From positions 96,001 through 160,000 of the forward strand of contig CBDUPA010000008.1 in assembly GCA_965368975.1 (NCBI GenBank): DNA of 64,000 bases, given 5' to 3'. The position numbers and the translations under genes were made by a program. The notes below the pieces were generated by a model that had not been told where the DNA came from, ran no database searches, and worked only from the letters and a program-made list of their open reading frames with translations. The DNA is from an uncultured bacterium. GTDB lineage: Bacteria; Acidobacteriota; Thermoanaerobaculia; Multivoradales; JAHZIX01. This document shows positions 39,291 through 50,022 of the stretch, one piece after another (positions within the stretch are counted from its first letter, which is position 1; the number at the start of each line of letters is the position of its first letter).

Positions 39291-40085
39291 ATGCGATTGC
39301 TGCGTAAGGCGACCACTCTCGAGACCGCTCTCGGCTATCGTTTCCGGCGTCCGGAACTGCTGGAAGCGGCCCTGACGCACAGCTCCTACGCCAACGAGCG
39401 AGGCCTCGAACAACACTACGAACGCCTCGAGTTTCTCGGCGATGCGGTGCTCGGGCTGGTGTCCGCGGAGTGGTTGTTCCAGAAGTTCCCGCGCCGTCCC
39501 GAGGGCGGCTTGTCGAAGGTACGCAGCCACCTGGTGAGCGCCCGTTCCTTGGCTCGGTACGCGCGCGAGGTACGGCTCGGTGACGCTCTGCGTCTGGGCG
39601 TGGGAGAAGAGCGGTCGGGAGGTCGCAACAAGCGCTCGCTGTTGGCGGACGCGATGGAAGCCGTCTTCGGCGCGGCGTACCTCGACGGCGGCGTCAGTGC
39701 CAGCCGGACCATCATCGTGCCCATGTTGGAGCGTGTCCTGCCGCAGTTTGGAGGTGGTAGCACGCCACCCGAAGACTCGAAGACGCGACTGCAAGAACTG
39801 CTGCAGGCGGACGGTGACGAGCCTCCGAGCTACCGCATCATCGACGAGATCGGTCCCGACCACGAGAAGTACTTCGTCGCCGAGTGTTGCCCGGAGCCGC
39901 GCCGCGGTCGCGGTCGTCTGGGGCGGGGTCAGGGACGCAGTAAGAAGCAGGCCGAGCAGGCCGCGGCTGCCGACGCGCTCCGGCGCCTGGAAGCCGAGCG
40001 CCCGCAGGTCGCCGAGTCCGACGAGACGCTGGAGCTTGCGGACACGACCAAGATGCCCTTGACCCCACCTGCGACCGGCTCGTAA
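39291..40085 (+). CDS. rnc: Ribonuclease III
   Basis: ALTHSS, ERLEFLGDAVL, LADAMEAVFGAAYLD, dsRBD KTRLQE...SKKQAEQAAA. Confidence 0.96.
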   Translation: MRLLRKATTLETALGYRFRRPELLEAALTHSSYANERGLEQHYERLEFLGDAVLGLVSAEWLFQKFPRRPEGGLSKVRSHLVSARSLARYAREVRLGDALRLGVGEERSGGRNKRSLLADAMEAVFGAAYLDGGVSASRTIIVPMLERVLPQFGGGSTPPEDSKTRLQELLQADGDEPPSYRIIDEIGPDHEKYFVAECCPEPRRGRGRLGRGQGRSKKQAEQAAAADALRRLEAERPQVAESDETLELADTTKMPLTPPATGS

Positions 40086-40097
40086 GCTCGCCCGATC

Positions 40098-41402
40098 ATG
40101 AGCGAAACCCCGACTGCGACCACTGTCTCTCACCTCAAAGATCACATCGGCCAGGAAGTGCTGCTGCATGGCTGGATCGACAAGAAGCGTTCCAGCGGCA
40201 AGATCGCCTTCCTGGAGTTTCGCGACGGCAGCGCCATCGTGCAGGCGGTGGCCAGCCGCAAGCAACTGCCGGAAGAGCAGTGGGAGACGATTCAATCGCT
40301 CACACTGCAGTCCAGCGTTCGCCTGCAGGGCCAGGTCAAGCAAGACGATCGCGCGCCCGGCGGTGTCGAATTGCAGCTGACCGACTTCGAGCTGTTGCAC
40401 CTGTCGGAGGAGTTCCCGATCACGCCCAAGGAGCACGGCACCGGCTTCCTGATGGAGAACCGCCACCTGTGGCTGCGCTCGCGCCGTCAGTGGGCAACCC
40501 TGCGTATTCGTAGCGAACTGGAGCAAGGCATCCGCGACTTCTTCTATGATCGCGACTTCACCCTCATCGACTCGCCGATTCTCACTCCCGCCGCCTGCGA
40601 AGGCACCTCGACGCTGTTCGAAACCGACTACTTCGGCGACAAGGCCTATCTGAGCCAGAGTGGCCAGCTCTACCTGGAGCCGGCGGCAGCGTCTCTGGGT
40701 AAGGTCTACTGCTTCGGGCCGACCTTCCGCGCCGAGAAATCCAAGACACGGCGTCACCTGATGGAATTCTGGATGGTCGAGCCCGAGGTCGCCTTCCTGG
40801 AGTTCGAGGGCCTGTGCCAGTTGTCCGAAGAGTTCCTGGTCTACCTGGTCGGCCGTGTGCTCGATCGGCGGGCCGAAGAGCTCAAGATCCTGGAGCGTGA
40901 CGTCAGCCGCCTGGAAGCGGTGCAAGGCCCCTTCCCACGCATCACCTACACGAGAGCGGTCGAGATCCTCAACGAACAAGGCAAGACGTTCGAGTGGGGC
41001 AACGACTTCGGCGCCGAAGACGAAACGATCCTGGCCGAGCAGTATGACCGTCCGTTGATGGTCAGCCACTACCCGGCGTCGTTCAAGGCCTTCTACATGC
41101 AGCCGGCGCCGGACGACGACAAGGTCGTGCTCGGCCTCGACATCCTGGCGCCCGAAGGCTACGGCGAGATCATCGGTGGCAGTCAACGCATCCACGATCA
41201 CGATCTGCTACTCAGCCGCATCGAGCACCACGGCTTGCCGCGCGAGGCGTTCCAGTGGTACCTCGACGTGCGCCGCTTCGGAAGTTTCCCGCACAGCGGT
41301 TTTGGCATGGGCATCGAGCGCGTCGTCGCCTGGTTGTGCGGCCACAACCACCTGCGCGAGACCATCCCGTATCCGCGCATGCTGTACAAGATCTATCCGT
41401 GA
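40098..41402 (+). CDS. asnS: Asparagine--tRNA ligase
   Basis: RHLWLR, YLSQSGQLY, FGPTFRAEKSKTRRHLMEFWMVEPE, GEIIGGSQR, PHSGFGMGIER. Confidence 0.96.
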   Translation: MSETPTATTVSHLKDHIGQEVLLHGWIDKKRSSGKIAFLEFRDGSAIVQAVASRKQLPEEQWETIQSLTLQSSVRLQGQVKQDDRAPGGVELQLTDFELLHLSEEFPITPKEHGTGFLMENRHLWLRSRRQWATLRIRSELEQGIRDFFYDRDFTLIDSPILTPAACEGTSTLFETDYFGDKAYLSQSGQLYLEPAAASLGKVYCFGPTFRAEKSKTRRHLMEFWMVEPEVAFLEFEGLCQLSEEFLVYLVGRVLDRRAEELKILERDVSRLEAVQGPFPRITYTRAVEILNEQGKTFEWGNDFGAEDETILAEQYDRPLMVSHYPASFKAFYMQPAPDDDKVVLGLDILAPEGYGEIIGGSQRIHDHDLLLSRIEHHGLPREAFQWYLDVRRFGSFPHSGFGMGIERVVAWLCGHNHLRETIPYPRMLYKIYP

Positions 41403-41456
41403 GGATTCGCCCGCAATACCCACCAATCATGACACGGCCCCAAACCTACAGAGGAC

Positions 41457-41795
41457 ATGATGAAGACGAAACTTGCTCTCGGATTCTTTCTTCTGGTCAT
41501 GCTGATCGCTCCCACCCTCCAGACCTTCGGGCAGGGTGGTTTTTATAACGGTTGCTACAGTTGCATGAGAGAGCCACTGAACCTTGTCGATCCGATCTTC
41601 GTTTGCTGTCGTGGATCTGCTTGTGAGACGTACTCAAGCAGTTTGCAGTATATCTACGTCCAGCGAGATTACTTCATCGACTGCAAAGCAGATCAGAACA
41701 AGAACTTGTGCGTAGGTAAAGTCTGCGAGGGTGCTAATACCACCTGGGATGGAGGGCCGATCACGGAGACGGAGGAAGAGTGCAACGGCTTTTAG
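41457..41795 (+). CDS. Secreted Cys-rich small protein
   Basis: Signal peptide MMKTKLALGFFLLVMLIAPTLQTFG; 9 Cys in mature part; GAGG RBS; lower GC. Confidence 0.7.
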   Translation: MMKTKLALGFFLLVMLIAPTLQTFGQGGFYNGCYSCMREPLNLVDPIFVCCRGSACETYSSSLQYIYVQRDYFIDCKADQNKNLCVGKVCEGANTTWDGGPITETEEECNGF

Positions 41796-44700
41796 GGCGA
41801 GCAGTATCCTGCACACTTCTCGCATTGCTGCTAGCTGCTCATGAGATGCCGGCTGATGCTGCTACACTTCGAATCGAGTTTGGCACCCACGAGAATTCAG
41901 AGCTAAAGACAGAGAAGTATCTGGCCGTCGCCAGCTGGCATGATGGTTGGGATCAGCCTCTTGTTGAGAGAATTCTATCTGCGACTGAGAGTGGACAGAT
42001 TGACCTGGAACTGCCGCCCGGTGGGTATCGGGTCTTCTGTAGCGCTGCCGGCCATAGTCTTGCATTCAAGACTCTTCTGGAACTCACCGCAGCTGGTGCA
42101 GTTCAAGCTTGCAGGCTGCGGCCTCTCGTTCCCTTGCTAGGGCGAGTGCAGGATTCTGCGACTGGTGAACCAGTAGCGGGCGCCAAGGTCGGTTTTGCAA
42201 CTCTAGGTGCCTTGGAGTCGCCGATTCGGCTCTCACCACTCGGCGACGAACATCTGCGTCTCAATTATGTGGTTCGAACAGGCATTGATGGAACCTTCTC
42301 ATTGCCTGTCATACCCAACTACAGATCATCGCTCCTGATCGAAGCCCCTGGTTACGGAGCTAAGCTCCTGCAGGAGGTCACGTTCCCAGGCCTCGAGTCC
42401 TCCATTGGCGATATTCGTTTGCAGCGTGGAGGCACCATCGCCGCCAAGTTGATCGGTCCATTGCCTGAAGGGCTTGGCATAGAGAACTACAAGTGGGCAG
42501 TGCGTCCTGAAAGTCCGGAGATGGCAGAGCTAAGTTACTATCTCGATCGGCCCTTGCGGTACGAAGAGACCACTGAATGGACGGGCCTTGATCCAGGGCG
42601 CTATGAGATTTGGTTACGTGGCCGCGTCAAGGAGGCTCCGGGACTGCGCCCGTATCGACTAATAACGGTCGAGTTGATGCCGGGAACATCCGAGATCCTT
42701 CAGCTACAGGTTCCACACTCTCGAAGAACGACACCGAAGTCTGATCTCAACATTCGTATCCCAAGGGGGCTTGAGGTCGACGAGCAGGTCACCCTCGATC
42801 TTTGGCATTATGAGGAACTAACAACAATCACGGCTTTGACAGTGCAACAAGGCCAGGATGCTGTGGTCACTGTCGAAGAGGTCTGTGAGTCTGGCGCGGT
42901 CTTCGTCCTGCGAACTGCGAGTAGAATCTCACGGGCAATCCGCATTGAGGATTCGTGCTTCCTGGAAGTCCCTCTGGAAGAGGCCGCCAATCTGCAGGCG
43001 CGCTTGGCTGTGCCACAAGGCCACGTCCTCCCGAGAGCAGTAACGCTGTCCTTGGTACCCTGTCAGCAGGGTTTCTCAGAATCCGAGTCACTGGGACCTT
43101 TCCCGGTGCGAGTGCATCCTCGAAATGGTACCTGGACAGCTATGGCCCCGGCTGGATGCAACCGCGGACTTGTTCGAAGCCGGCAGTTTGCACCCGCTTC
43201 GTGGTCTGCAATTAGCTTGAAACCCGGTGGGGTCTACGATCTTGGGACCTTGCAGTTGACTCTGGGGGCTGCGTTGTTGGTCCGTGTCTCCGATGAAGAA
43301 AATGCTTCGCTGCAAGGAGCCACCGTCAAAGTCATCGCACCGGAGGACTTCCAGAACGAGGCGGTCCAGATCCTGGCGAACCAACCAGCTCTCGAAGGCA
43401 TAGTGCAGACCACGGATGCATGGGGCTGGGCACGTTTCGTTGGTCTACCACCAGGAGAAGTACATCTTGGAGTTTGGGCTCCGCGGAAAGCGCCCGCATT
43501 CACTGAGGGTCTCCGTTTGGAACCAGGGCGCGAGCTCTTGGTGGATGATTTGAATGTACAAGCCCCAGCGGTCCTGAACGTTTCGCTGAGCGGCATAGAG
43601 GACTTCCCGGGCGAGTTAGAACCGACGGTTCTCGCGCAACCTTTTCTCGGCTGTGGATGGTTCCCGTATGCTCCCGTCTTCGGTGAACCCATTCAGGGCG
43701 ATGGATCTAGATTCCGCTTGCTCGGTCCTCCAGGGCACTGGAAGGTGGAGGTGGGCTCGCGAGCCGACGGATCAGTCGGGGACGCCTTCCTAACGCAAGA
43801 GATAGAGGTTTTTTCCGGACAGCAAGAGCTTGAATTGAATTTGTCCGAAACGATCTTTCGAGGCCGGTTGAAACGGGCTGGTCTACCAGTGACTGGGCAA
43901 GTGCTCTTCCGTGCAGAGTTTGGACGGGAAGGAAGCAGTACTGCGGTGGAAACAGCAGAGGACGGGACCTTCCAAGTTGCCCTCGAAGCAGCCGGGTCGT
44001 ACTCGGTACAGGTACGGGAGACAGAGGCCGCAAGCGTAACGACTATACCGGGAATCAAAGTAACTTCGACGGATCAGGATATTCTCATCGAGTTTCCTGT
44101 GGGTGCAATCCGAGGCCGCGTGTTCGACCCGCAAGGAGTGGAGGTTGCAGGGGTCTCAGTTACGGCCGTTCAGTATCCGGAATCAACACAGGGTAGAGCG
44201 ATCAGGGCTTCCGCTCGTTCTGACGAGAGCGGAGCCTTCTTACTGGAGGGGTTGCGAAACGGTGTGTGGCGAGTGCACTGCCAGTCCGGTGCCTATCGAT
44301 GCATTGAAACCGTTGTCGATCTTCTACCAGATGAGCAGCGCTCAGACGTAGAGACCTATCTCAGCGCACCTTTGGCGATCCAGGGTCGCGTTACGACTGC
44401 GCAAGGACACCCCGTAGCGTCGGCCGAACTCCAGATAGTGGTCTGGGTGCCCAGGCTCGGGAAACAGCCGGTACTTCAAACTGCCTTTACCGGAGCGGAC
44501 GGCTACTTCGAAGCAGCTCTGGACCCGAACTACGCGGAAGTAGACCTGTGGAACAGCGGAGTAGTGAGCGTTGCGGTGAAGGCGCCGGGCTCTCCTATCG
44601 CCGCGTTTCGATCCGCCTATTCATCGCAACCTATCGCTCTCGAGTTACCAGCCACAAGTAGCCACTTGAAGATCAGATTCGAGGCAATTGCTGCCCCGGT

Positions 44701-44965
44701 TTCGGGTCAAGGGACTTTTATTCTCATCTCAGAGGACGGTGCATGGGTACTCCTGAATGGTTTTTCTTCCCCAGGGGCCGTCGACTGGCGCAACGACTCA
44801 ATCGTAGTTCCTTCGATAGTCCCTGGTAGCTGGAAGCTGATTCGGATTCAGCAATTGGCTGACGTCATGTCGCTGCTCGATGCCGGTAGTCTCGTTGAAG
44901 CTCTGGCCAGCTTCGAGGTCCTTGCCGGCGAGACGACGGAAGTCCTGGTCTCCCTTCCCGAGTAG
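41780..44965 (+). CDS. Large secreted protein with multiple carboxypeptidase-regulatory-like beta-sandwich repeats
   Basis: Signal peptide; repeated GRVxD..GxPVAGAxV ... TxxDGxFxL units (GRVQDSATGEPVAGAKV, GRVFDPQGVEVAGVSV, GRVTTAQGHPVASAEL). Confidence 0.78.
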   Translation: MQRLLGRAVSCTLLALLLAAHEMPADAATLRIEFGTHENSELKTEKYLAVASWHDGWDQPLVERILSATESGQIDLELPPGGYRVFCSAAGHSLAFKTLLELTAAGAVQACRLRPLVPLLGRVQDSATGEPVAGAKVGFATLGALESPIRLSPLGDEHLRLNYVVRTGIDGTFSLPVIPNYRSSLLIEAPGYGAKLLQEVTFPGLESSIGDIRLQRGGTIAAKLIGPLPEGLGIENYKWAVRPESPEMAELSYYLDRPLRYEETTEWTGLDPGRYEIWLRGRVKEAPGLRPYRLITVELMPGTSEILQLQVPHSRRTTPKSDLNIRIPRGLEVDEQVTLDLWHYEELTTITALTVQQGQDAVVTVEEVCESGAVFVLRTASRISRAIRIEDSCFLEVPLEEAANLQARLAVPQGHVLPRAVTLSLVPCQQGFSESESLGPFPVRVHPRNGTWTAMAPAGCNRGLVRSRQFAPASWSAISLKPGGVYDLGTLQLTLGAALLVRVSDEENASLQGATVKVIAPEDFQNEAVQILANQPALEGIVQTTDAWGWARFVGLPPGEVHLGVWAPRKAPAFTEGLRLEPGRELLVDDLNVQAPAVLNVSLSGIEDFPGELEPTVLAQPFLGCGWFPYAPVFGEPIQGDGSRFRLLGPPGHWKVEVGSRADGSVGDAFLTQEIEVFSGQQELELNLSETIFRGRLKRAGLPVTGQVLFRAEFGREGSSTAVETAEDGTFQVALEAAGSYSVQVRETEAASVTTIPGIKVTSTDQDILIEFPVGAIRGRVFDPQGVEVAGVSVTAVQYPESTQGRAIRASARSDESGAFLLEGLRNGVWRVHCQSGAYRCIETVVDLLPDEQRSDVETYLSAPLAIQGRVTTAQGHPVASAELQIVVWVPRLGKQPVLQTAFTGADGYFEAALDPNYAEVDLWNSGVVSVAVKAPGSPIAAFRSAYSSQPIALELPATSSHLKIRFEAIAAPVSGQGTFILISEDGAWVLLNGFSSPGAVDWRNDSIVVPSIVPGSWKLIRIQQLADVMSLLDAGSLVEALASFEVLAGETTEVLVSLPE

Positions 44966-45095
44966 TTCCTCACGTTACCGGCCAGCATACCGTTCGCGAA
45001 CCTTCCTCCCCGACACGCGTAGTAAACTGCAGCCGCTCGTTCGAGCCGCACGAGGCTCGACCATCTTCCGCCACGACTGTTCCGGAGATTCAACG

Positions 45096-46478
45096 ATGCA
45101 TCGACCTGCACGAAGCCCGAAGAACCTCGCCCTCTCCCTGCTGGCCGTTGCGCTGCTGCCCATCCTTCCCGCTTCCGCTGACTGGCCACAGTGGCGCGGC
45201 CCTGGCCGTGACGCCAAAGCCCCAGATGAAGGGCTGATCCAGCAGTGGCCGGCCGAGGGGCCGCCGCTGGACTGGCGTCTCGATGGTTTCGGTGCCGGCT
45301 ATTCGAGCGTCGCAGTGGCAGGGCAGCGCATCTACACGCTGGGTGACTACGAAGGTCGCGAAGGGCAGCCCGCCGAAGGGCAGTACGTGGTAGCCGCGGC
45401 GCGAGATGGCAGTGAGATTCTGTGGCGAACCCGCATCGGCAAGACATGGCAAGATCGCTACCTCGGGCCGCGTTCGACACCGACTATCGATGGCGATCGG
45501 GTCTACGCGCTGAGTACGGACGGCACGCTCGTATGCTTGGCCGCGGCGGACGGCAAGGTGATCTGGCAGCGCAGCTTGCCGGAGGACTTCGGCGGCGTGG
45601 TGATGTCCTACGAAGGTCGCATCGACTGGAAGTTCGCGGAGTCTCCGCTGGTCGATGGCGAGCGCGTGATCGTGACGCCAGGCTCCAAGCAGGCGGGCCT
45701 GGTGGCCCTGAACAAGAGCGATGGCAAGGAGATCTGGCGCACCCGTCTGCCGGACGATCTGGGAGAGCAGGGAGGCGATGGCGCGGGCTATTCGTCCGTC
45801 GTGATCTCGCACGGTGCGGGCGTCAAGCAGTACGTGCAGCTGCTGGGGCGTGGACTGGTCGGCGTCGACGCGGCGGACGGTCGGTTTCTCTGGCACTACA
45901 ATCGAGTGGCCAATGCGGTCGCCAACATTTCGACGCCCTTGGTCGATGGGGACCATGTCTTCGCCTCGACCGGCTACGAGACCGGTGCGGTGCTGCTGAA
46001 GCTGCGCAAGACCGAGGCAGGGGTGGCGGCCGACGAGGTCTACTTCCTGGACCACACGACTTTCCAGAATCACCACGGCAACATGATCCTGCACGAGGGC
46101 TACGTCTACGCTGGCACCGCTCACAACAAGGGTTTTCCGATCGCGCTCGAGCTGAAGACCGGTGAGGCCGCCTGGGGGCCGGTACGCAACGCCGGCTCGG
46201 GTTCGGCGGCGGTCGCATTCGCCGATGGCCGCCTCTACTTCCGCTACCAGAACGGCGTCATGGTGTTGATCGAGGCGACGCCCGAGGGGTACCAGGAACT
46301 CGGTTCGTTCGAGATTCCTGACGTCCAGCACGAGAGCTGGTCACATCCGGTGATCGCCGATGGGCACCTCTACCTGCGGGAGCAGAATCACCTTCTGTGC
46401 TACGACTTACAGGCTCGCTCTGAGCGCGCTGCACCGAGGGGCAGAGACAGTAGCCAGGAGGCTCGGACTGGGCGCTGA
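45096..46478 (+). CDS. PQQ-binding-like (BamB-like) beta-propeller secreted protein
   Basis: Signal peptide then [42 protein letters not shown]; GGAG RBS before ATG 45096. Confidence 0.88.
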   Translation: MHRPARSPKNLALSLLAVALLPILPASADWPQWRGPGRDAKAPDEGLIQQWPAEGPPLDWRLDGFGAGYSSVAVAGQRIYTLGDYEGREGQPAEGQYVVAAARDGSEILWRTRIGKTWQDRYLGPRSTPTIDGDRVYALSTDGTLVCLAAADGKVIWQRSLPEDFGGVVMSYEGRIDWKFAESPLVDGERVIVTPGSKQAGLVALNKSDGKEIWRTRLPDDLGEQGGDGAGYSSVVISHGAGVKQYVQLLGRGLVGVDAADGRFLWHYNRVANAVANISTPLVDGDHVFASTGYETGAVLLKLRKTEAGVAADEVYFLDHTTFQNHHGNMILHEGYVYAGTAHNKGFPIALELKTGEAAWGPVRNAGSGSAAVAFADGRLYFRYQNGVMVLIEATPEGYQELGSFEIPDVQHESWSHPVIADGHLYLREQNHLLCYDLQARSERAAPRGRDSSQEARTGR

Positions 46479-46518
46479 GGGGGGAGTGCCCGCTGAGGGG
46501 GAAGTGCAGCGCCAGGGA

Positions 46519-47448
46519 ATGCCGCCACAGTGGCTGCTGATCACGGCGTTCCTGGTCATGACCACCATCTGGGGTACCACGTGGGCGGTGGTGCGCGTCG
46601 GGTTGGACTACATTCCGCCGTTCACCGGCGCCGCGTTGCGCTTCGCGCTTGGAGGTGCACTGCTGCTGTTGCTGGCGCGCTGGAAGGGCATCCCACTGGG
46701 GCGCGATGCCTGGGAGCGGCGGCTATGGTGGATCACCGGCATCGGTTCCTTTGTCTTCGGCTATGGGACGATCTACTGGGCCGAGCAGTGGGTGCCATCC
46801 GGCTTGGCGGCAGTGCTGTTCGCGCTGCTGCCGATATTCGTCGCCTGGATGGGGCACTTCTGGTTGCCCAATGAGCGTCTGACCTGGCGCACCGGTCTCG
46901 GGACGATCGCCGGATTCCTGGGCATCGTGGTGATCTTCTCGGAGGACTTGGACGGCCTCGCGGGGCCGGGGGCCGCGGCCGCGGCCCTGGTGCTGTTGCT
47001 GTCGCCGCTGGCTTTTGCTGTGACCAGCGTGTCAGCCAAGCGCTGGGGCGCTGGACTGCATGCGCTGTCGCTGTCGGCCATACCGATGTTGATCGGCTCC
47101 GCTTGCTTGGGGATCGCGGCTTTCCTGCTCGAGCGAGATGTCGAGGTGATCTGGACGGCCTCCGCGGTCGGCTCGGTGCTGTATCTCGCCGTCTTCGGCT
47201 CGGCGCTCAGCTTCGGCCTGTTCTACTGGATGCTCGGCTACTGGACCGCGGGGCGCATGTCGCTGATCGCCTACCTGACGCCAGTCGTGGCGGTGGTCGT
47301 CGGCACGCTGATGCTCGACGAACCCCTGTCGCGGCGGATCCTGGCCGGCTCCGCGCTGGTTCTCGCCGGTGTTGCGGCGGCTTCTGGGTTGGGTTTGCGA
47401 TCCAGGCGCGCAGCGTTTCAATCTAAGCCGGCTCTTCCCATAGAATAG
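46519..47448 (+). CDS. EamA/DMT family transporter
   Basis: IWGTTW, PPFTGAALRF, YLAVFGS, YLTPVVAV; about 10 TM. Start ATG 46519. Confidence 0.9.
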   Translation: MPPQWLLITAFLVMTTIWGTTWAVVRVGLDYIPPFTGAALRFALGGALLLLLARWKGIPLGRDAWERRLWWITGIGSFVFGYGTIYWAEQWVPSGLAAVLFALLPIFVAWMGHFWLPNERLTWRTGLGTIAGFLGIVVIFSEDLDGLAGPGAAAAALVLLLSPLAFAVTSVSAKRWGAGLHALSLSAIPMLIGSACLGIAAFLLERDVEVIWTASAVGSVLYLAVFGSALSFGLFYWMLGYWTAGRMSLIAYLTPVVAVVVGTLMLDEPLSRRILAGSALVLAGVAAASGLGLRSRRAAFQSKPALPIE

Positions 47449-47590
47449 AGCTGTCACCGCGTCGTCTTGCCCGCCGCACCGTTTTGCCTGCCACAGGATC
47501 GCGGCTCGGGTACCCGGAAACGGCTACCGTCATTGTTTCGGCCGCCCAGATCGTCAGGGGCCGCACCGCGGCTCCGGGAGTTCGCCACCC

Positions 47591-49987
47591 ATGTGGACCC
47601 GCTATACTCAGTTTGAATCCCTCGAACACCTGATGGCCAGCCAGCTCCGGCCGGGCGGCAACCGGGTGCCGGTGACCTGTGTCGTCTTCGGCGGTACTGG
47701 TGCCGTCGGCGGTTCCACGGTGCTCGAGTTGTGCCGCTTTCTACTCGCGGCCCGCCGCTACCGGGAGGAGCCGTTTCGCGGGCGCATCTACGCTACGGCG
47801 CTCGGCGAGCGGGAAATCAGGGACTTCCTGCGCCGCGTAGCGCAGGCGCTGGAGCCGGAAGCCGAGCTGGAGACACTGGAGACCCACCGCCACTACCGTC
47901 TCGGCGGCCTTGTCGACCTCCATTTCGACCTGCTGCAGTTGCGCGTTCCCGAAGAACTGGCGGGTTTCGTCGAACGGCGGCTGGAGGGGCGCGCCGCCGA
48001 GCCGGCGTTGCTCGAACAGCTGATCGAGGAGTACTGCGACGCGCTGCCGCGGCCGTTCCAGGAGTACGTGGAGCAACTCGGCCATCCGCACTTGCTCGAC
48101 GGGGTCGTGGTGGCGATCCCGCTGCCTAGCGTCGCCACCTACACCCTCGGTGCCATGGACCTGCTGGCCGAGCGCTTTGGGCTCGGGCACGACGTCGTGC
48201 AACGGGTCAAGGATCACTACCTGGAGACCTTTGTGCGTGGCCTGGCGGTGGTGCAGCAGAAGCACTCGCGTCACGTGGTGATCGCGCACACCACTGGTGT
48301 GGGCGGCATGTGTACAGTCGATGGCCTCAACGAGGAGATTCGCACCGGCTTTGCCCACAGTAGCAGCGGCAAGTTGCTGCAGGACAAGAAGTACTTCGCA
48401 GATCGCTTGACACGTCTCTACCTGGATCAGGGGTTCGACGTGCTCGCCACCGCGGCTGCCATTGGCATCGATGCCGTCGAGTTCGACTACCGCCTACCAG
48501 TGATCACGCCGGTGCGGCGCGTGTTGACGGCCGCTGTCGATGCCGAGGGGGATGGGTTTCCGGTGCTGCGCGAAGATCTGGATGCAGGCATCATCCGACG
48601 CTACAAGCCGCTCGACATGCCGTTCGGGCGCCATCGCGCTGAAGGCGGCGACACGGAAGGGCGTCAAGCGGTGAGTTTCGGCCGTGGCCGCGAGCTGCGC
48701 GTCGAGGCGGCGATCCGCAGCGGGGAGAACGGCCTGTTCTCGGTCGCCAACTGCACGGCGCTCTACCACGTCATGAAGGTCGCAATCCCAGAGGAACTGG
48801 CCAACGTCATCCTGCGCCGTGTCGTTTTCGGCCGCGAGCGACGGCGCAGCTGGTTCCAAGAAGGGTTGTGCTACTACACCGAGACCGAGAATGCGCACCT
48901 GGCGCACCGAGTCCTGGACAGCGATCAGAGGCTCCAACGGGCGCACCTCGGTGCCTTCGCCGTGCAGGCCTATCAGGCACTCGGCTCGTCGACGCACCAA
49001 GCGCGTCTGCATGAGCTGGGCCTCGTCTTGTTGTTGCTGCGGCTCCTGCAGCTGCGTCGCCGCTTGGATTCCTTCTCTGATGGCGCATTGCTCGATGCCA
49101 GCGCCGATATCGATGACTTTCTCTGGCGGCATACCGAGACGCCGGTGTTCGAGGACTTCCTGGATCTCGGTGTGCCACGCTTGGCTCGGTTGCTGGGGCA
49201 ACTGTGCGAGATTCGCTCCAAGGGACAGCTGGCCGAACTGCTGGCTCTTGATCGACCGCCAGGTGGCCCAGGGGCGGGTGAGTTCGCCGTGGCTGGAGCC
49301 AGACCGGGTATGGCTGGCTCGGGGCAGCGGTCGAAGGGCCGCGAGCGGTTTCTGGCGCGCATGGTGACCCGCATCCGGCGTTACCTTTCGGTGATCACGT
49401 CCTTGGGCACGCCGATCCTCTATCAGAGTGAGACGCACGGACAGACGCGCATGCTCGTCGGCCCTTATGTCGCTCCGCTGGACCTGGCGGTGACCCACTC
49501 CGCCGCCGTTCACGTGGCGCTCGAGCGCAAGGCAGAGGACGCTGGCGTCAGCTATGAAACGGCGCGCGATTGGGCGGTGTCGAACAACGGTTTCATCGAC
49601 CTGCGCCCGCACGCGCTCGGTACCGATGCCAAGCAGCTGGGGCCCGAGGCTGAGGCGTCACTGCTGGCCACGGACGATCTGGAGCAGCTACGCCAATGGC
49701 TACTCGGGCTGACGCCGTCGCGCTACTTCACCACCAACGGGCTGCTGGCTCTCGACCGCCGTCTGCGCGGATTACACCTGCGGCTGCAGACTCGCCACAC
49801 GGAGCTGGGGACCGCCAACACCTGGAAGAACCTCTTCTTCCGCCGTACCGACGGCAAGTACGTGCTGTCCCCGGGCCTGGTCGAGACTTGCCGCATGTAC
49901 ACCGAGGGTCTGGGCAAGGTGACCGGTACGGAGCTGCTGTGGCCGATCTGGGGCTATTGGATCCCAGGCTTGTCGACGGATGTCTGA
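47591..49987 (+). CDS. Hypothetical protein with N-terminal Rossmann-like NAD(P)-binding motif
   Basis: VVFGGTGAVGG near the N-terminus; long ORF with GC-rich third positions. Start may be ATG 47633. Confidence 0.65.
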   Translation: MWTRYTQFESLEHLMASQLRPGGNRVPVTCVVFGGTGAVGGSTVLELCRFLLAARRYREEPFRGRIYATALGEREIRDFLRRVAQALEPEAELETLETHRHYRLGGLVDLHFDLLQLRVPEELAGFVERRLEGRAAEPALLEQLIEEYCDALPRPFQEYVEQLGHPHLLDGVVVAIPLPSVATYTLGAMDLLAERFGLGHDVVQRVKDHYLETFVRGLAVVQQKHSRHVVIAHTTGVGGMCTVDGLNEEIRTGFAHSSSGKLLQDKKYFADRLTRLYLDQGFDVLATAAAIGIDAVEFDYRLPVITPVRRVLTAAVDAEGDGFPVLREDLDAGIIRRYKPLDMPFGRHRAEGGDTEGRQAVSFGRGRELRVEAAIRSGENGLFSVANCTALYHVMKVAIPEELANVILRRVVFGRERRRSWFQEGLCYYTETENAHLAHRVLDSDQRLQRAHLGAFAVQAYQALGSSTHQARLHELGLVLLLLRLLQLRRRLDSFSDGALLDASADIDDFLWRHTETPVFEDFLDLGVPRLARLLGQLCEIRSKGQLAELLALDRPPGGPGAGEFAVAGARPGMAGSGQRSKGRERFLARMVTRIRRYLSVITSLGTPILYQSETHGQTRMLVGPYVAPLDLAVTHSAAVHVALERKAEDAGVSYETARDWAVSNNGFIDLRPHALGTDAKQLGPEAEASLLATDDLEQLRQWLLGLTPSRYFTTNGLLALDRRLRGLHLRLQTRHTELGTANTWKNLFFRRTDGKYVLSPGLVETCRMYTEGLGKVTGTELLWPIWGYWIPGLSTDV

Positions 49988-50022
49988 ATCCGTGGTGTGA
50001 CGGCGAAGACCTTGGCGTGACA

